Counted from the first letter of the stretch, positions 31,238-41,713 are shown. The stretch: DNA of 64,000 nt from an uncultured Actinomycetota bacterium (GCA_963735535.1 CAVTLL010000005.1:52901-116900); one strand, 5' to 3'. The notes: generated by a model not told the origin, from the sequence alone. Numbers and translations: made by a program.

Positions 31238-32230
31238 ATGCGGGTCCTAGTCACCGGTGGTGCCGGCTTCATCGGGTCGCATTTCGTGCGGCGGCTTGCT
31301 GCGGCGGGCGACGAGGTCGTCGTGCTCGACAAGCTCACGTATGCAGGCAACCGCGCCAACCTCGAGGGCGTCGAGCACGACTTCCACGAGGGCGATATCT
31401 CCGACCCCGAGGCGGTCGCGACCGCAGCCGCGGCCTGCGAGGCGATCGTAAACTTCGCGGCCGAGTCACACGTCGACCGCTCGATTCTCGGCCCCGCGGA
31501 GTTCATCCTCACCGACGTTCTCGGCACCCAGGTGCTGCTCGACCATGCGCGGCAGGCGGGGATCCGGATCGTGCAGGTGTCGACCGACGAGGTTTACGGC
31601 GACATCGACGACGGGGCGCTTCCTTGCACCGAGGATGCGCCGCTTCGACCGTCGAGCCCCTACTCGGCGTCGAAGACCGGCGGGGATCTGCAGGTGCTCG
31701 CCTACATCCGGACGTACGGCGTCGACGCATGCATTACCCGCGGCGCCAACAACTACGGGCCGCGCCAGTACCCGGAGAAGCTGATCCCGCTCTTCATCAC
31801 GAACGCCTTCGAAGGCAAGGATCTGCCCGTCTACGGCGACGGCCGCCAGCGCCGCGAGTGGCTCCATGCCGATGACTACTCCTCGGCAATCGAGCTCGTC
31901 ATGCGCAGGGCGCCCTCCGGCGAGATCTACAACGTCGGTGGCCAGGAGTGCGAGAACATGGAGGTCGTGCGGCGGATCCTCGATTTGACCGGCGCCTCGC
32001 CCGACCTCGTCCGCCACGTCGAGGACCGCCCCGGCCACGATCGGCGTTATGCCGTCGACTCGGCGAAGATCCGCGCTCTCGGCTGGTCGCCCGCGCATAA
32101 CTTCAAGGACGGCGGCCTCGAGGAGACGGTCGCCTGGTACCGCGAGAACGAGGCCTGGTGGGAGCCGATCAAGTCCGGTGAGTACCGCGCCTACTACGAA
32201 GAGCAGTACGGCAAGCGCCTTGCCGGGTGA
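31238..32230 (+). CDS. rmlB: dTDP-glucose 4,6-dehydratase
   Basis: MRVLVTGGAGFIGSHF, YSASKTGGD (YxxxK), extended SDR fold. Start at ATG 31238. Confidence 0.9.
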   Translation: MRVLVTGGAGFIGSHFVRRLAAAGDEVVVLDKLTYAGNRANLEGVEHDFHEGDISDPEAVATAAAACEAIVNFAAESHVDRSILGPAEFILTDVLGTQVLLDHARQAGIRIVQVSTDEVYGDIDDGALPCTEDAPLRPSSPYSASKTGGDLQVLAYIRTYGVDACITRGANNYGPRQYPEKLIPLFITNAFEGKDLPVYGDGRQRREWLHADDYSSAIELVMRRAPSGEIYNVGGQECENMEVVRRILDLTGASPDLVRHVEDRPGHDRRYAVDSAKIRALGWSPAHNFKDGGLEETVAWYRENEAWWEPIKSGEYRAYYEEQYGKRLAG

Positions 32231-32362
32231 CCACTTTGTGGCGCAAGTTGCAAGGACATCGCTTGTAACTTGAAGCACAAGCTCGGGAGGTGGGCGCGCC
32301 TCGGGGCAGAACCTCGTTGCGTGGTGGTTGGGACTTTGGAAGGGCACTGGTACCGTGCCCGG

Positions 32363-33776
32363 ATGGTCCGGCGCGGCGTGGTAGCGGTCGCCTTCGTCGC
32401 GCTTCTGGCCGCCGGCGGTGCCTCGGCGGCACTCATGGCGGGGTCTCCGGTCGTGGTCTCTCCGACGACCACCGACACGACCAGCACGACTGTGACGACG
32501 AGCTCGGCCGCGACAACGCTTGTCGTCACCGGGCACGGTTTCGGGCACGGGATGGGCATGGGGCAGTGGGGCGCCTACGGCTACGCGCTGCACGGCTGGT
32601 CGTGCGCCCGCATCCTCGGCCACTACTTCCCGGGAACGTCCCTCGGGAGCGACAGTGCGCCACTCGTGCGTGTCCTCCTCGCTGACGCCGTGCCGAAGGT
32701 GACGGTTGGCTCTGCTGCGCCGTGGCGTGTCGTCGACGGTGCCGGGACGCGACTCGCCCTCCCGGCCGGGTCACTCGAGGTTCCCGCATCGCTCGAGCTC
32801 GACGGGCAGAAGCTCGTGTCGCCGCTCACCTTCAAGCCTGGAGCCTCGCCGGTCGAGGCGGCGGGGATTCCCTACCGAGGCAGGCTCGTTCTCACCTCCG
32901 ACGGGAAGGCCGTGCAGCTCCTGAACGTGGTAGCGCTCGAGTCGTACCTCCCAGGGGTCGTCTCCGAGGAGATGCCCTCGACCTGGCCGCAGGCGGCGCT
33001 TCAGGCGCAAACGATTGCAGCCCGCTCCTTCGCACTCGCGCGGATCGGGAGCGTGCCGGCCACCAGTCCTTTCGATCTCTACGCCGACTCGCGCAGCCAG
33101 GTCTACGGCGGCATCAACGCCGAGACACCTGCGGTGACGACGGCCGTGCTCTCCACCAAGAACCAGGTTGTTCTCTACCGCGGCAAGGTCGCAACGACGT
33201 ACTTCTCGGCGAGCTCAGGTGGCGAGACGATGTCCTCCGCGGACGGGACAGGCACGCCCGTGCCGTACCTCGTCGCCGTTCCTGACCCGTACGACCTGCT
33301 CTCGCCCTACCACGACTGGGGCCCCGTCCTGTTCGGCGCTGCCGAAGCGGCGAAGGCGCTCGGGCTTCACGGCGGCCTGGACGATGTCGTCAGCACGCTC
33401 GATCCCACGGGTCGTGTCGCGTCCGCGACGGTCGTCTCCGCCGGCTCGACCGTCACGCTCACGGGGATGCAGGTGAGGAACGATCTCGGCCTGCGGTCGA
33501 GCTGGTTCCAGATCGGCTTGCTCGCGCTCGACCCGGTACGCGCCCAGGTCGCGAAGGGCACGCAGATCACACTGCACGGCGCCGTGCGTGCCCTCGACGG
33601 TGTCTCCCTTGAGGCGCAGGCTCCGGACGGCGCGTGGGCGACGGTGAGCGCCGTCGCTCCGGCCGGGGACGGCACGTTCACCGTAGTCGTGACTCCGAAA
33701 GCAACGACGCGCTACCGGCTCTCGTACCGGCAATGTCCGGGGCGCCTTGATCAAGATCGTGGTGAGTTCCACCTGA
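32363..33776 (+). CDS. SpoIID/LytB domain protein (3' end probably needs a 1-nt correction)
   Basis: Signal peptide MVRRGVVAVAFVALLAAGGASAA. GHGFGHGMGMGQWGAYG and YFSASSGGET SpoIID motifs. As written, the ORF runs into the S8 gene. Dropping one C near 33727 gives ...RYRLSYGNVRGALIKIVVSST* with TGA at 33774-33776. Confidence 0.7.
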
Positions 33777-33826
33777 CCGGGCGGCCCTGGCCGGGTGCGG
33801 TCGCGTACCGTGTGGGGAGGCCGCCC

Positions 33827-35291
33827 GTGTCGAAGCGTCTTGCTCTCCTGCTGATCGTCTTTCTGCTCGCTCCGGCGAGCGCCGCGCTTGCGTTCGACAA
33901 CACCGAGCCCGACGCCGCCCAGCAGTGGTATCTGACGCAGGACAACGCCTGGACGCACTGGCCCACTTTGCCTCACCTGAAACCGGTCAGGGTCGCGGTG
34001 ATCGACTCGGGCATCGACGCGACCCATCCCGAGTTCCGGGGCCGGATCGCGGGCGGCATCTCATTCGTCTCCGGCTCCTGGCGCAAGGACAGCTGCGGCC
34101 ACGGCACCTTCGTCGCAGGCGAGATCGCGGCCAACCCGACGAACGGCATCGGGATTGCCGGCATGGCGTTCAACTCGAGCCTGCTGATCGCCAAGGTCGT
34201 CCAGGGCGACTGCAGCGTCTCGACGCTCGGGCGAGGTCAAGGCGATTCGATGGGCCGTCGATCACGGCGCCAGAGTGATCAACCTGTCGATCGGGGGGAT
34301 CCGCGACCCGGGAGACTCCGAGCTCGACTCGTACTCGGCTTCCGAGGAGGCGGCGCTCGAGTACGCGTGGTCGAAGGGCGTCCTCGTCGTCGCGGCGGTC
34401 GGAAACGGGACGCAGGCACCGTCGACACCGTGGCAGTACGCCGACTACCCGGCTGCGCTGCCGCACGTGCTCGGTGTCGGTGCGATTCGCGAGAACGGCG
34501 CGGTGCCCGACTACTCGGATCGCGACGCGCAGTACGTCGACCTCGTCGCGCCCGGCGGCCCGATCTTCTCGACGATCCCGCACAACCTGATCGACGCCTC
34601 GATCTACGGCTGCGCCGGGATGCCGTACTCCAACTGCGGCCCCTCCGAGTTCCGGGTCGGACATCGGCACGTCGTTCTCCGCGCCGCAGGTGACCGCGGC
34701 CGCAGCACTGATGCTCGGCGTCGATCCGCGCCTCACCCCGTCGCAGATCGAATGGATCCTCGAGCGGACGGCGACCGACGCGAGCCCGTCGACCGGCTGC
34801 GCGCAGTGCCCGATCGGTCGCGACGCGCTGACCGGCTGGGGCACCCTCGACGTCGCGGCCGCGCTCGACCGGATCGGCAGCCGAGGACGACCTGCCGACC
34901 TCCGACGCCTACGAGCCGAACGACGATGCGGGAACCTCGGCCTATCCGCTGCGGGGGCTGCGGACGATCAACGCGACGATCGACTTCTGGGACGACCCGA
35001 TCGACGTCTACGCAATCACGCTGGAAGGGTCAGACGCTCTTCGCGCGACTCGGCTCGGGCGCTCCCGCACGAACGTCGCTCTTCCTCTGGCGCCCGGGCA
35101 CGACGCACGTCACCGGCCCGGCCAGAACGGTGCTCGCGAATCGCGCCGCGCGAGGGAGACTGCCAGGAGCGGCCAGGAGCGGCTCGCCTACCACGTGACC
35201 GCCGATCGGGACGTACTACATCGAGGTCGAAGTGGGCGGCCCGACGACGGCGCCGGGCCGCTACGAGCTCTCCCTCGCCGTGCAGGGCTAG
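33827..35291 (+). pseudogene. secreted subtilisin-like S8 serine peptidase with C-terminal PPC-like domain; about 6 frame jumps
   Basis: GGGGAGG then GTG 33827 and signal VSKRLALLLIVFLLAPASAALA. Catalytic AVIDSGID and HGTFVAG, but GTSFSAP lies in another frame. Recognisable sequence hops frames near 34228, 34655, 34880, 35025, 35160 and 35203. Ends ...GRYELSLAVQG* at TAG 35289-35291. Confidence 0.8.
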
Positions 35292-35937
35292 GAGCCGAGC
35301 AACTCCTCGTCGGGCACGTCGCGAAGCGGCCGCGCGGGGTTGCCGACGACGAGCGTTCGCGGCGCGACGTCCTTCGTGACGACGGCGCCTGCGCCGACGA
35401 ACGCCTCCTCGCCGATCTCGACCGCGGGGCAGAGCACGGCTGCCGGCGCCGATGCGCGCGCCGCGCCGGATCGTCGGGCCCTCGATCAGCTCGTGCCGCT
35501 TCTCGGTCCGGCCCATGAAGTTGTCGTTCGAGGTGACGACGCAGGGCGCGATGAAGACGTGCTCCTCGAGCGTCGAGTAGGCAGTGATGTAGGCGCCGGC
35601 CTGGATCTTCGTCATCGCGCCGATCGTCGTGTCGTTCTCGACCAGCGAGCCGCGGCCGACGACGACGTCGTCGCCGATCGTGACGCGCTCGCGCACGCAG
35701 CTCTGGTCGCCGAGGATCACTCGCGCGCCGATCGTCGAGCCCGCGAAGAGGACCGCACCGGTCGAGATGATCGTGCCGTCGCCGACCTTCGCGGGTGCGA
35801 GCGGCTCGCGCTTGGCGGTCGAGCGCGGCGAGAGCGTCGGCTGCTTGCCGACGACGGCGCCCTCGAGCACCTTCACGCCCTCGCCGAGCACGGTGCCCGG
35901 GTAGACGATCGCCGTCTCGTGGATCTCCGGCCGTCAC
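35288..35937 (-). pseudogene. left-handed beta-helix N-acetyltransferase (WbpD-like); about 2 frame jumps
   Basis: Hexapeptide repeats (VGDGTIISTGAVLFAGSTIGARVILG...). The C-terminal part AVLCPAVEIGEEAFVGAGAVVTKDVAPRTLVVGNPARPL... lies in another frame (jump near 35450). The likely GTG 35937 (GTGA overlap with the upstream stop) is out of frame with EIHETAIVYPG (jump near 35920). Confidence 0.7.
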
Positions 35938-36929
35938 GCCGGCTGACGCTCTCGAGCGAGTGCTGCGAGCAGCTCGAGCACGCGCACGACGGCGAGCCCG
36001 TCGCGTGCCTCGACCCCGGTGCCGCCCTCGCGCACGAGCCGCAGGAAGTGCGAGAGCTCGAGCTTCAGCGGCTCGTCGCTCGGGATCTTCGGGCTCAGGA
36101 TGTCGCCGGTGCGTGTCTGCCACTCGCCGAAGTTCTGCAGCGGCTGCTCGGGCCACTTGTCGTAGATCGTCACCTTGCGCTCGAGCTCCATGTCGTCGAA
36201 CACGGCCATCTTGTCGCGGCCGACGACGGTCAGCTTCCGCATCTTGTGCGGGTCGAGCCACGAGAGGTGGAGGTGGGCGATCTTGCCGCTCGGGAAGCGC
36301 ATGAAGCAGAAGACGACGTCCTCGACGCCGGGGTTCAGGAACGCGTTGCCGTGTGCCCAGACCTCGGACGGCTCCTCGTCGGCGAGGTGCAGGATCACCG
36401 AGACGTCGTGGACGCCGAGCGACCAGAGCGCGTTCTCGTCCTTGCGGATCGTCCCGAGGTTCTGGCGGTTGCCGTAGATGCAGAGCACCTCGCCGAGGTC
36501 GCCCGAGTCGACGAGCTCCTTGAGCTTGCGCACGCCCGGGTGATAGAGCAGGAGGTGGCCCGGCATCAGGATCTTCCCGCGGGCCTCCGAGAGCTCGACG
36601 AGCTCGGCCATCTCGGCTGCGCGCATCGCGGGCGGCTTCTCGACGAAGACGTGCTTGCCGGCCTCGAGCGCCTGCTTGGCGAGCGCGTAGTGGGTCGGCA
36701 CGGGCGTCGCGATCACGACCGCCTCGACCTCGGGGTCGGCGAGCACCTCGTCGAACGAGCCGGTCGCGAGCGAGTTCGGGAACCGGCGCGTGAACTGCTC
36801 GCGCCGCTCCTCGGAGGCGTCGCAGATCCAGACGAGGTCGGCGAGGACGTCGACGTTGCGGACGAGGTTCGCGCCCCAGGGGCCGAGGCCGACCTGAGCG
36901 ATCCGGACGGGGTCGCTCAGAGCTTCCAC
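35934..36929 (-). CDS. Gfo/Idh/MocA family oxidoreductase (WbpB-like UDP-sugar dehydrogenase)
   Basis: Intact 331-aa ORF. Rossmann N-terminus IAQVGLGPWG, EKP motif VFVEKPPA. Confidence 0.8.
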   Translation of the reverse strand: MEALSDPVRIAQVGLGPWGANLVRNVDVLADLVWICDASEERREQFTRRFPNSLATGSFDEVLADPEVEAVVIATPVPTHYALAKQALEAGKHVFVEKPPAMRAAEMAELVELSEARGKILMPGHLLLYHPGVRKLKELVDSGDLGEVLCIYGNRQNLGTIRKDENALWSLGVHDVSVILHLADEEPSEVWAHGNAFLNPGVEDVVFCFMRFPSGKIAHLHLSWLDPHKMRKLTVVGRDKMAVFDDMELERKVTIYDKWPEQPLQNFGEWQTRTGDILSPKIPSDEPLKLELSHFLRLVREGGTGVEARDGLAVVRVLELLAALARERQPA

Positions 36930-38182
36930 ACCTTTCCGCTCGATCCTCGTGGCCGCGGGTGGCGTTGCGGAAGTCGACGACGACCTTGGCGCGCTCGACG
37001 ACGTCGCCGTAGTCGACTGCGGAGTGCGCGGTGACGATCGCGACGCAGTCGTAGCTCTCGGGCTCGAGCGGCGAGGAGCGCATCCCGTCGAACTCCTCGA
37101 CGTGCGGGTCGTGGTAGCTGACGTCGGCGCCGGCCGTCCTCAGCAGCTCGATCAGCTTCTCGGCCGGCGTCTCGCGCATGTCGCCGATGTCGGCCTTGTA
37201 GGCGACGCCGAGGATCAGGATCTTCGCGCCGGAGACCGAGCGCTGCAGCCCGTGGTTCAGCGCCTGCGAGATGACCGAGCGGCAGAAGTACGGCATGTTG
37301 TTGTTGACCTCGCCGGCGAGCTCGATGAAGCGCGCCGAGAAGTCGTACTCGCGCGCCTTCCACGAGAGGTAGTAGGGGTCGAGCGGGATGCAGTGCCCGC
37401 CGAGGCCGGGGCCGGGCTGGAACGACTGGAAGCCGAACGGCTTGGTGGCGGCGGCGTCGACGACCTCCCAGACGTCGATGCCCATCCGGTCGCAGAGCTG
37501 CGCGAGCTCGTTGACGAGCGCGATGTTGACTGAGCGGTAGATGTTCTCGAGCAGCTTCGTCAGCTCGGCCGACTCGGGCGCCGAGACCTCGTGGACGGTG
37601 TCGACCGCGGTCCGGTAGACCGCGGCCGCGGCCGCGGTGCAGGCGGGGGTGAGGCCGCCGACGACCTTCGGGGTGGTCTTCGTCGTCCAGTCGGTGCGGC
37701 CGGGGTCGACGCGCTCGGGCGACATCGCGAGGTTGAAGTCCTCGCCCGCGACGAGCCCGCTCGCCTCCTCGAGGATCGGCTTGACCACCTCGCGGGTCGT
37801 GCCGGGGTAGGTCGTCGACTCGAGCACGACGAGCTGGCCGGGCTGGAGCACCGCGCCGATCGCGCGCGAGGCCTGCTCGACGTAGCTCAGGTCGGGCTCG
37901 CGCTGCTTCGTCAGCGGCGTCGGCAGCGCGATCAGGATCGCGCTGCGCCTGCTTCAGGTCCTCGTAGTCGAGGGTGGCGGTGATGCGGCCCGCCGAGACG
38001 TGCGGCTCGAGCACCTCGCCGGGCACGTCCTCGATGTGGCTCCGTGCCCGCGTTGATCGCCTCGACGAGCTCGGGCACGACGTCGAGGATCAGCACGCGC
38101 TGACCTGCGTCGGCGAAGGTCACGGCGAGCGGAAGCCCGACGTAACCGGCGCCCACGATGGCGACGTCCCAGGGCCGTTCAC
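36917..38182 (-). pseudogene. UDP-glucose/GDP-mannose dehydrogenase family enzyme (WbpA/WecC-like); about 4 frame jumps
   Basis: VAIVGAGYVGLPLAVTFA (NAD site), ESTTYPGTT and GLGGHCIPLDPYY are all present but spread over three frames. Jumps near 38172, 38045, 37950 and 36950. GTG 38182 overlaps the upstream stop (GTGA). Confidence 0.8.
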
Positions 38183-39224
38183 GGCGAACTAGCGTACAGA
38201 GCGGCTGCGATCCGGCCGCTCGCCTGCCCGTCGCCGTAGAGCTCCGGCGCCGTCGTCGGGAAAGCGCGCAGCGCGCCACCGCGCGCACGATCGCGTCGGG
38301 GTCGTCGTCGACGAGCACGTTCGCGCCGGCCTCGACGGTGTCGACCCATTCCGTGCTCGGCCGCATGGTCACGCACGGCACGCCGGTCCCAGTAGGCCTC
38401 CTTCTGCACCCCGCCGGAGTCGGTGACGATCACCCGCGCCTGCGCGGCGAGCGCGGTGAAATCGAGGTAGCCGAGCCGGCGGCGATCAGCTCGAAGCCGA
38501 GCGGCCCGAGCCGTGCGCGAGCGCAGCGCGCGTCCGCGGGTGGGCGGGGAAGACGATCGGCTCGTCGAGGCGGTTCGAGCCCCTCGACGATCCGCGCGAG
38601 CCGCTCGGGCCGGACGTTCGCCTCGCGGTGAACGGTGACGAGCACGTAGCCGCCGGGCTCGAGCCCGAGCCGCTCGAGCACCTGCGAGCGCGTCGCGCGC
38701 GATCGGCGCGAAGAGCCGGTGCACGTCGGCCATCACGTCGCCGACGACGAGCCGCTCGCCGGGCACGCCCTCGCTCTCGAGCTGCGCGCGCCGAGCGCTC
38801 GTCGGGGCAGAAGAGGAGCTGCGAGATGCCGGTCGACCGCGATCCGGTTGCGCTCCTCCGGCATCGAGAGGTCGAAGCTCCGCAGCCCCGCCTCGACGTG
38901 CGCGAGCGGCAGTCTGCCCGCCGCCTCGGCGCCGGCGAGCGTCGAGTTCGTGTCGCCGAAGACGAGCACCCAGTCGGGCGCCTCGGCCGCGACCGCCTCC
39001 CGGATCGCCGGCCGCATCGCCTCCGGGTCGGCGGTCTCGAGCCTGAGCCGGTACCGCGGCTCGGCGAGCCCGAGCTCCTCGAAGAAGACGTCCGAGAGCT
39101 CCCGGTCGTAGTGCTGACCGGTGTGCAGCACGACCTCCTCGATCCCCGCCTCCCGCAGCGCCGCCGAGAGCGGCGCCGACTTGATGAACTGCGGCCGGTT
39201 CCCCACTACCGTCAGCACGCGCAT
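38179..39224 (-). pseudogene. UDP-N-acetylglucosamine 2-epimerase (WecB/WbpI-like); about 8 frame jumps
   Basis: MRVLTVVGNRPQFIKSAPL, HVEAGLRSFDLSMPEERNR, VTDSGGVQKEAYW and CVTMRPSTEWVDTVEAGANVLV are each in frame only locally. Jumps near 38826, 38775, 38690, 38575, 38530, 38475, 38385 and 38270. Confidence 0.8.
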
Positions 39225-39248
39225 CCCCGCTACACTACGGCCCCCTGC

Positions 39249-39321
39249 GGGCCGTTAGCTCAGTTGGTAGAGCAGGGGACTCTTAATCCCAAGGTCGAAG
39301 GTTCGAATCCTTCACGGCCCA
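39249..39321 (+). tRNA. tRNA-Lys (anticodon CUU)
   Basis: Folds by hand into a cloverleaf: acceptor GGGCCGT/ACGGCCC, D arm GCTC-AGTTGGTA-GAGC, anticodon loop CTCTTAA, T arm GAAGG-TTCGAAT-CCTTC. 73 nt, CCA not encoded. Confidence 0.95.
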
Positions 39322-39352
39322 TACCGCGAAGTGCCCGAAAGGGGCTAAGAAC

Positions 39353-41674
39353 TCAGCCGGTCATCTTTGGCTTGTGGTGCTTGACGACGACCTTCGGGCT
39401 CTGTGGCTGCTTCGTGGGCGGTACCACCGTCACGGGCGCATGGTCGCGAGACGTGACGTTCGGGCCGGCCGGGGGCGTGCCGACTGCCTCCGCGACATTG
39501 TCGAAGCTCTTCACGACCTCGTGGCGGGCGCAGGAGTAGGAGGCGCTCCTGCCCGGTGCGAGCCGTCCCAGGGTCCGGTTGCAGTCGGAGCTGAGTGGGT
39601 CGAGAACCCTGACGTTGTGGAGGGGGGCGTCGCCGGTGTTCTTGACGGTGATCCGGAACCTCGCCGTCCCGCCAGGCTGGATCGTCTGCGACTTCGGATC
39701 CTTCACGATCGCGATCCGCGGAGGCTGCGGCGCGGGCGTCAGGGGCGCGGACCTGGGCTTGGGCCGGTGCGACTTCGGGGTGGATGATGGCTTCTGAGAC
39801 GGTGGCGCCGCCGGCTTCCCCCGCGGTGGCGGGATGACCGTCGTGGGAGCCGTGTCGGTCGAGGTCACGTCCGGTCCGGTCGGAGGCGTTCCGGTAACGG
39901 TGGCGATATTCGTCAGGCTGGTGGTCACCTTGGTGAGCATGCACTGGTAGGCGATGCTCGCACCTGGAGCAAGCACGGCCAGCCCAGGGATGTCGGCGCT
40001 CGTCCTCGCGCAGTCCTGCGCCAAGGCGTCGGCCACGCGAACGCTCGTCAGGGCCACGTTGCCGGTGTTGGTGACGACAATCGTCCAGATAGCCGTTCCG
40101 CCCGTGAGCACGCTCTGCTCCTTGGGGCCCTTCGTGATCGATATCGCCGGGCTCGAGGCAATGGGCGGTGTTGTCGGGCCGGGCGTGGGGCCTGGCGGCG
40201 GCGGCGCGCTGACGGTCGAGGTCTCGCCGGCGTCGTTGCAGGCGGTGCTCGCCGCGCCGTTGTTCGCGTCGCCGGCAAAGAAAGCGCGCCATCTGTAGGC
40301 GCCGACCGCGCTGGGGGTGAAGGTTGCAGAGGTGTAGCTCCCGTTGCCGTTCGCATCGACGTTGCTAACAGCGCTGCCGAGTGTCGCAATCGAGCTCGAG
40401 CAGTTTGAGTCGCCGGGCGCGTACAGCTTGAACGCGATTGCACCAGTGGCGGCGACCGCCCCGCTCAATGTCGCCCGATCGCGGATCGTGTCGCCGAGCG
40501 TCCCCGACACCGTGGCACTCGTAGAGATCGACGGCGTCGCAGGTGTGGCCGTCGAGCTCTCGCTTGTGTCGTTGCAAGCTGTGCTCGCCTGGGTGTTGGT
40601 TGCGTCGCCGGCGAAGAAGGCACGCCATCTGTAGACCCCGGCCGAGGGCGGACCGAAGCTCGCCGAGGTGTAGGTCCCGTTGCCGTTGGCATCGACGGCC
40701 TGGCCGGCGCTTCCGAGTGTTGCGAGTGCCGTTGTGCAGCTGGTGTCACCGGGGCCGTAGATCGTGAAGGTCACCGCCCCGATCGCCGTGACGGCACCGG
40801 TCAGAGTCGCAGTGTCGTGTATCGCCCCGCCGACCGTGACAGGCCCCGACGCGGTCGTCGCCATCAACGGCGCCGCTTGCGTGACGGTGAGTGTCTCGCA
40901 CGGCCCGTCGGATGGGAGGTAGGCGGCGTCGCCTCCGTAATGTGCTTCAAACCCGTACGACCCAGGGGCCGCCGGTGTCTGGGGAAAGCCGGTCGCGTGC
41001 GCCTCTCCGCCCGCGAGGGCAATCGGTCCCGATGATGAGGCGGCGACCCCTGAGCAGGTGCCGCTCGCGAACCAGTCGACGGTGACGCTGCCGGTGGGGG
41101 TGGGGCCCCCGCCCAAGCCCGTGACGGTCACGAGGTCGTGCACTGTCGATCCGACGGGCACTGTGGTCACGACCTGGTCGCCTGCGCTGTGAATGACCGT
41201 GGAGGTCAAGGAGCTGAGCGGACAGCCGGGCGGGCGCGTAACGGTTGTCGAGCTCGGTGCGGCCTCGAAATGCCCATCCGCCCAGGGCCCGAGCGCCTCC
41301 GCCGTCAAAGCCAGCGTCGTTACGCCTGCCGGCTCCAGGAACGTCCCCGAGAACGACCAGTTGTTGGCGCTCGAGAACGAACCGGAGGCAACCTCGTGCA
41401 TCAGCGCCGCGTCGTCGAAGAGCGCGATGTGCGGGTTGGTGCGTGTTTCGTCGAGCGCGTCCGCGGTGACAGTGAAGGACACAACCCCGTTGCAGTCAAT
41501 GCTCGCCGAGAGCGTGGAATGCCAAGCCAGGGCAGCAGGTGCCACGACGAGCAGCACCGACACGACCAACGCCGCCGAAACGACCGCCCAGACCTTCTTC
41601 GCCCTCAACCTTCCCCCAACCGTCTGAAAACAGAACCCGTCGCCGTCCAGCGGTGGGCCGATCCTATACCACAC
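39353..41674 (-). CDS. repeat-rich secreted/cell-surface protein (Ig-like repeats plus two DUF11-like domains, Pro-rich linkers)
   Basis: 773-aa ORF. Signal-like AVVSAALVVSVLLVVAPAALA (alternative TTG start 41608). Tandem roughly 112-aa repeats. Two domains with the pattern I.I.K.P...V..GG.A.....V.NTG...L..V.V.D. No LPXTG sortase signal seen. Confidence 0.7.
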   Translation of the reverse strand: MWYRIGPPLDGDGFCFQTVGGRLRAKKVWAVVSAALVVSVLLVVAPAALAWHSTLSASIDCNGVVSFTVTADALDETRTNPHIALFDDAALMHEVASGSFSSANNWSFSGTFLEPAGVTTLALTAEALGPWADGHFEAAPSSTTVTRPPGCPLSSLTSTVIHSAGDQVVTTVPVGSTVHDLVTVTGLGGGPTPTGSVTVDWFASGTCSGVAASSSGPIALAGGEAHATGFPQTPAAPGSYGFEAHYGGDAAYLPSDGPCETLTVTQAAPLMATTASGPVTVGGAIHDTATLTGAVTAIGAVTFTIYGPGDTSCTTALATLGSAGQAVDANGNGTYTSASFGPPSAGVYRWRAFFAGDATNTQASTACNDTSESSTATPATPSISTSATVSGTLGDTIRDRATLSGAVAATGAIAFKLYAPGDSNCSSSIATLGSAVSNVDANGNGSYTSATFTPSAVGAYRWRAFFAGDANNGAASTACNDAGETSTVSAPPPPGPTPGPTTPPIASSPAISITKGPKEQSVLTGGTAIWTIVVTNTGNVALTSVRVADALAQDCARTSADIPGLAVLAPGASIAYQCMLTKVTTSLTNIATVTGTPPTGPDVTSTDTAPTTVIPPPRGKPAAPPSQKPSSTPKSHRPKPRSAPLTPAPQPPRIAIVKDPKSQTIQPGGTARFRITVKNTGDAPLHNVRVLDPLSSDCNRTLGRLAPGRSASYSCARHEVVKSFDNVAEAVGTPPAGPNVTSRDHAPVTVVPPTKQPQSPKVVVKHHKPKMTG
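40208..40861 (-). repeat. two tandem coding repeats of about 336 bp inside the surface-protein gene
   Basis: Residues about 272-376 and 384-489 align: ATLTGAVTAIGAVTFTIYGPGDTSC...YRWRAFFAGDATNTQASTACND versus ATLSGAVAATGAIAFKLYAPGDSNC...YRWRAFFAGDANNGAASTACND. The similarity is also visible at the DNA level. Confidence 0.7.
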
Positions 41675-41713
41675 GCGCGGGAAAAATGACCACTCGGATC
41701 CCCGCTACGATTC

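Noticed and set aside
32270-34693. Single 807-aa SpoIID-S8 fusion protein, as listed in the ORF track.
   Set aside because: An SD, a GTG and a fresh signal peptide at 33827 argue for two genes. The connecting 30 aa or so look out of frame, and a 1-nt edit gives a natural SpoIID C-terminus and stop. A true fusion cannot be fully excluded.
40208-40861. Tandem DNA repeats considered as a CRISPR array or satellite.
   Set aside because: The repeat unit is about 336 bp and lies in frame inside a long ORF, encoding duplicated Ig-like domains. There is no short repeat/spacer architecture anywhere in the window.
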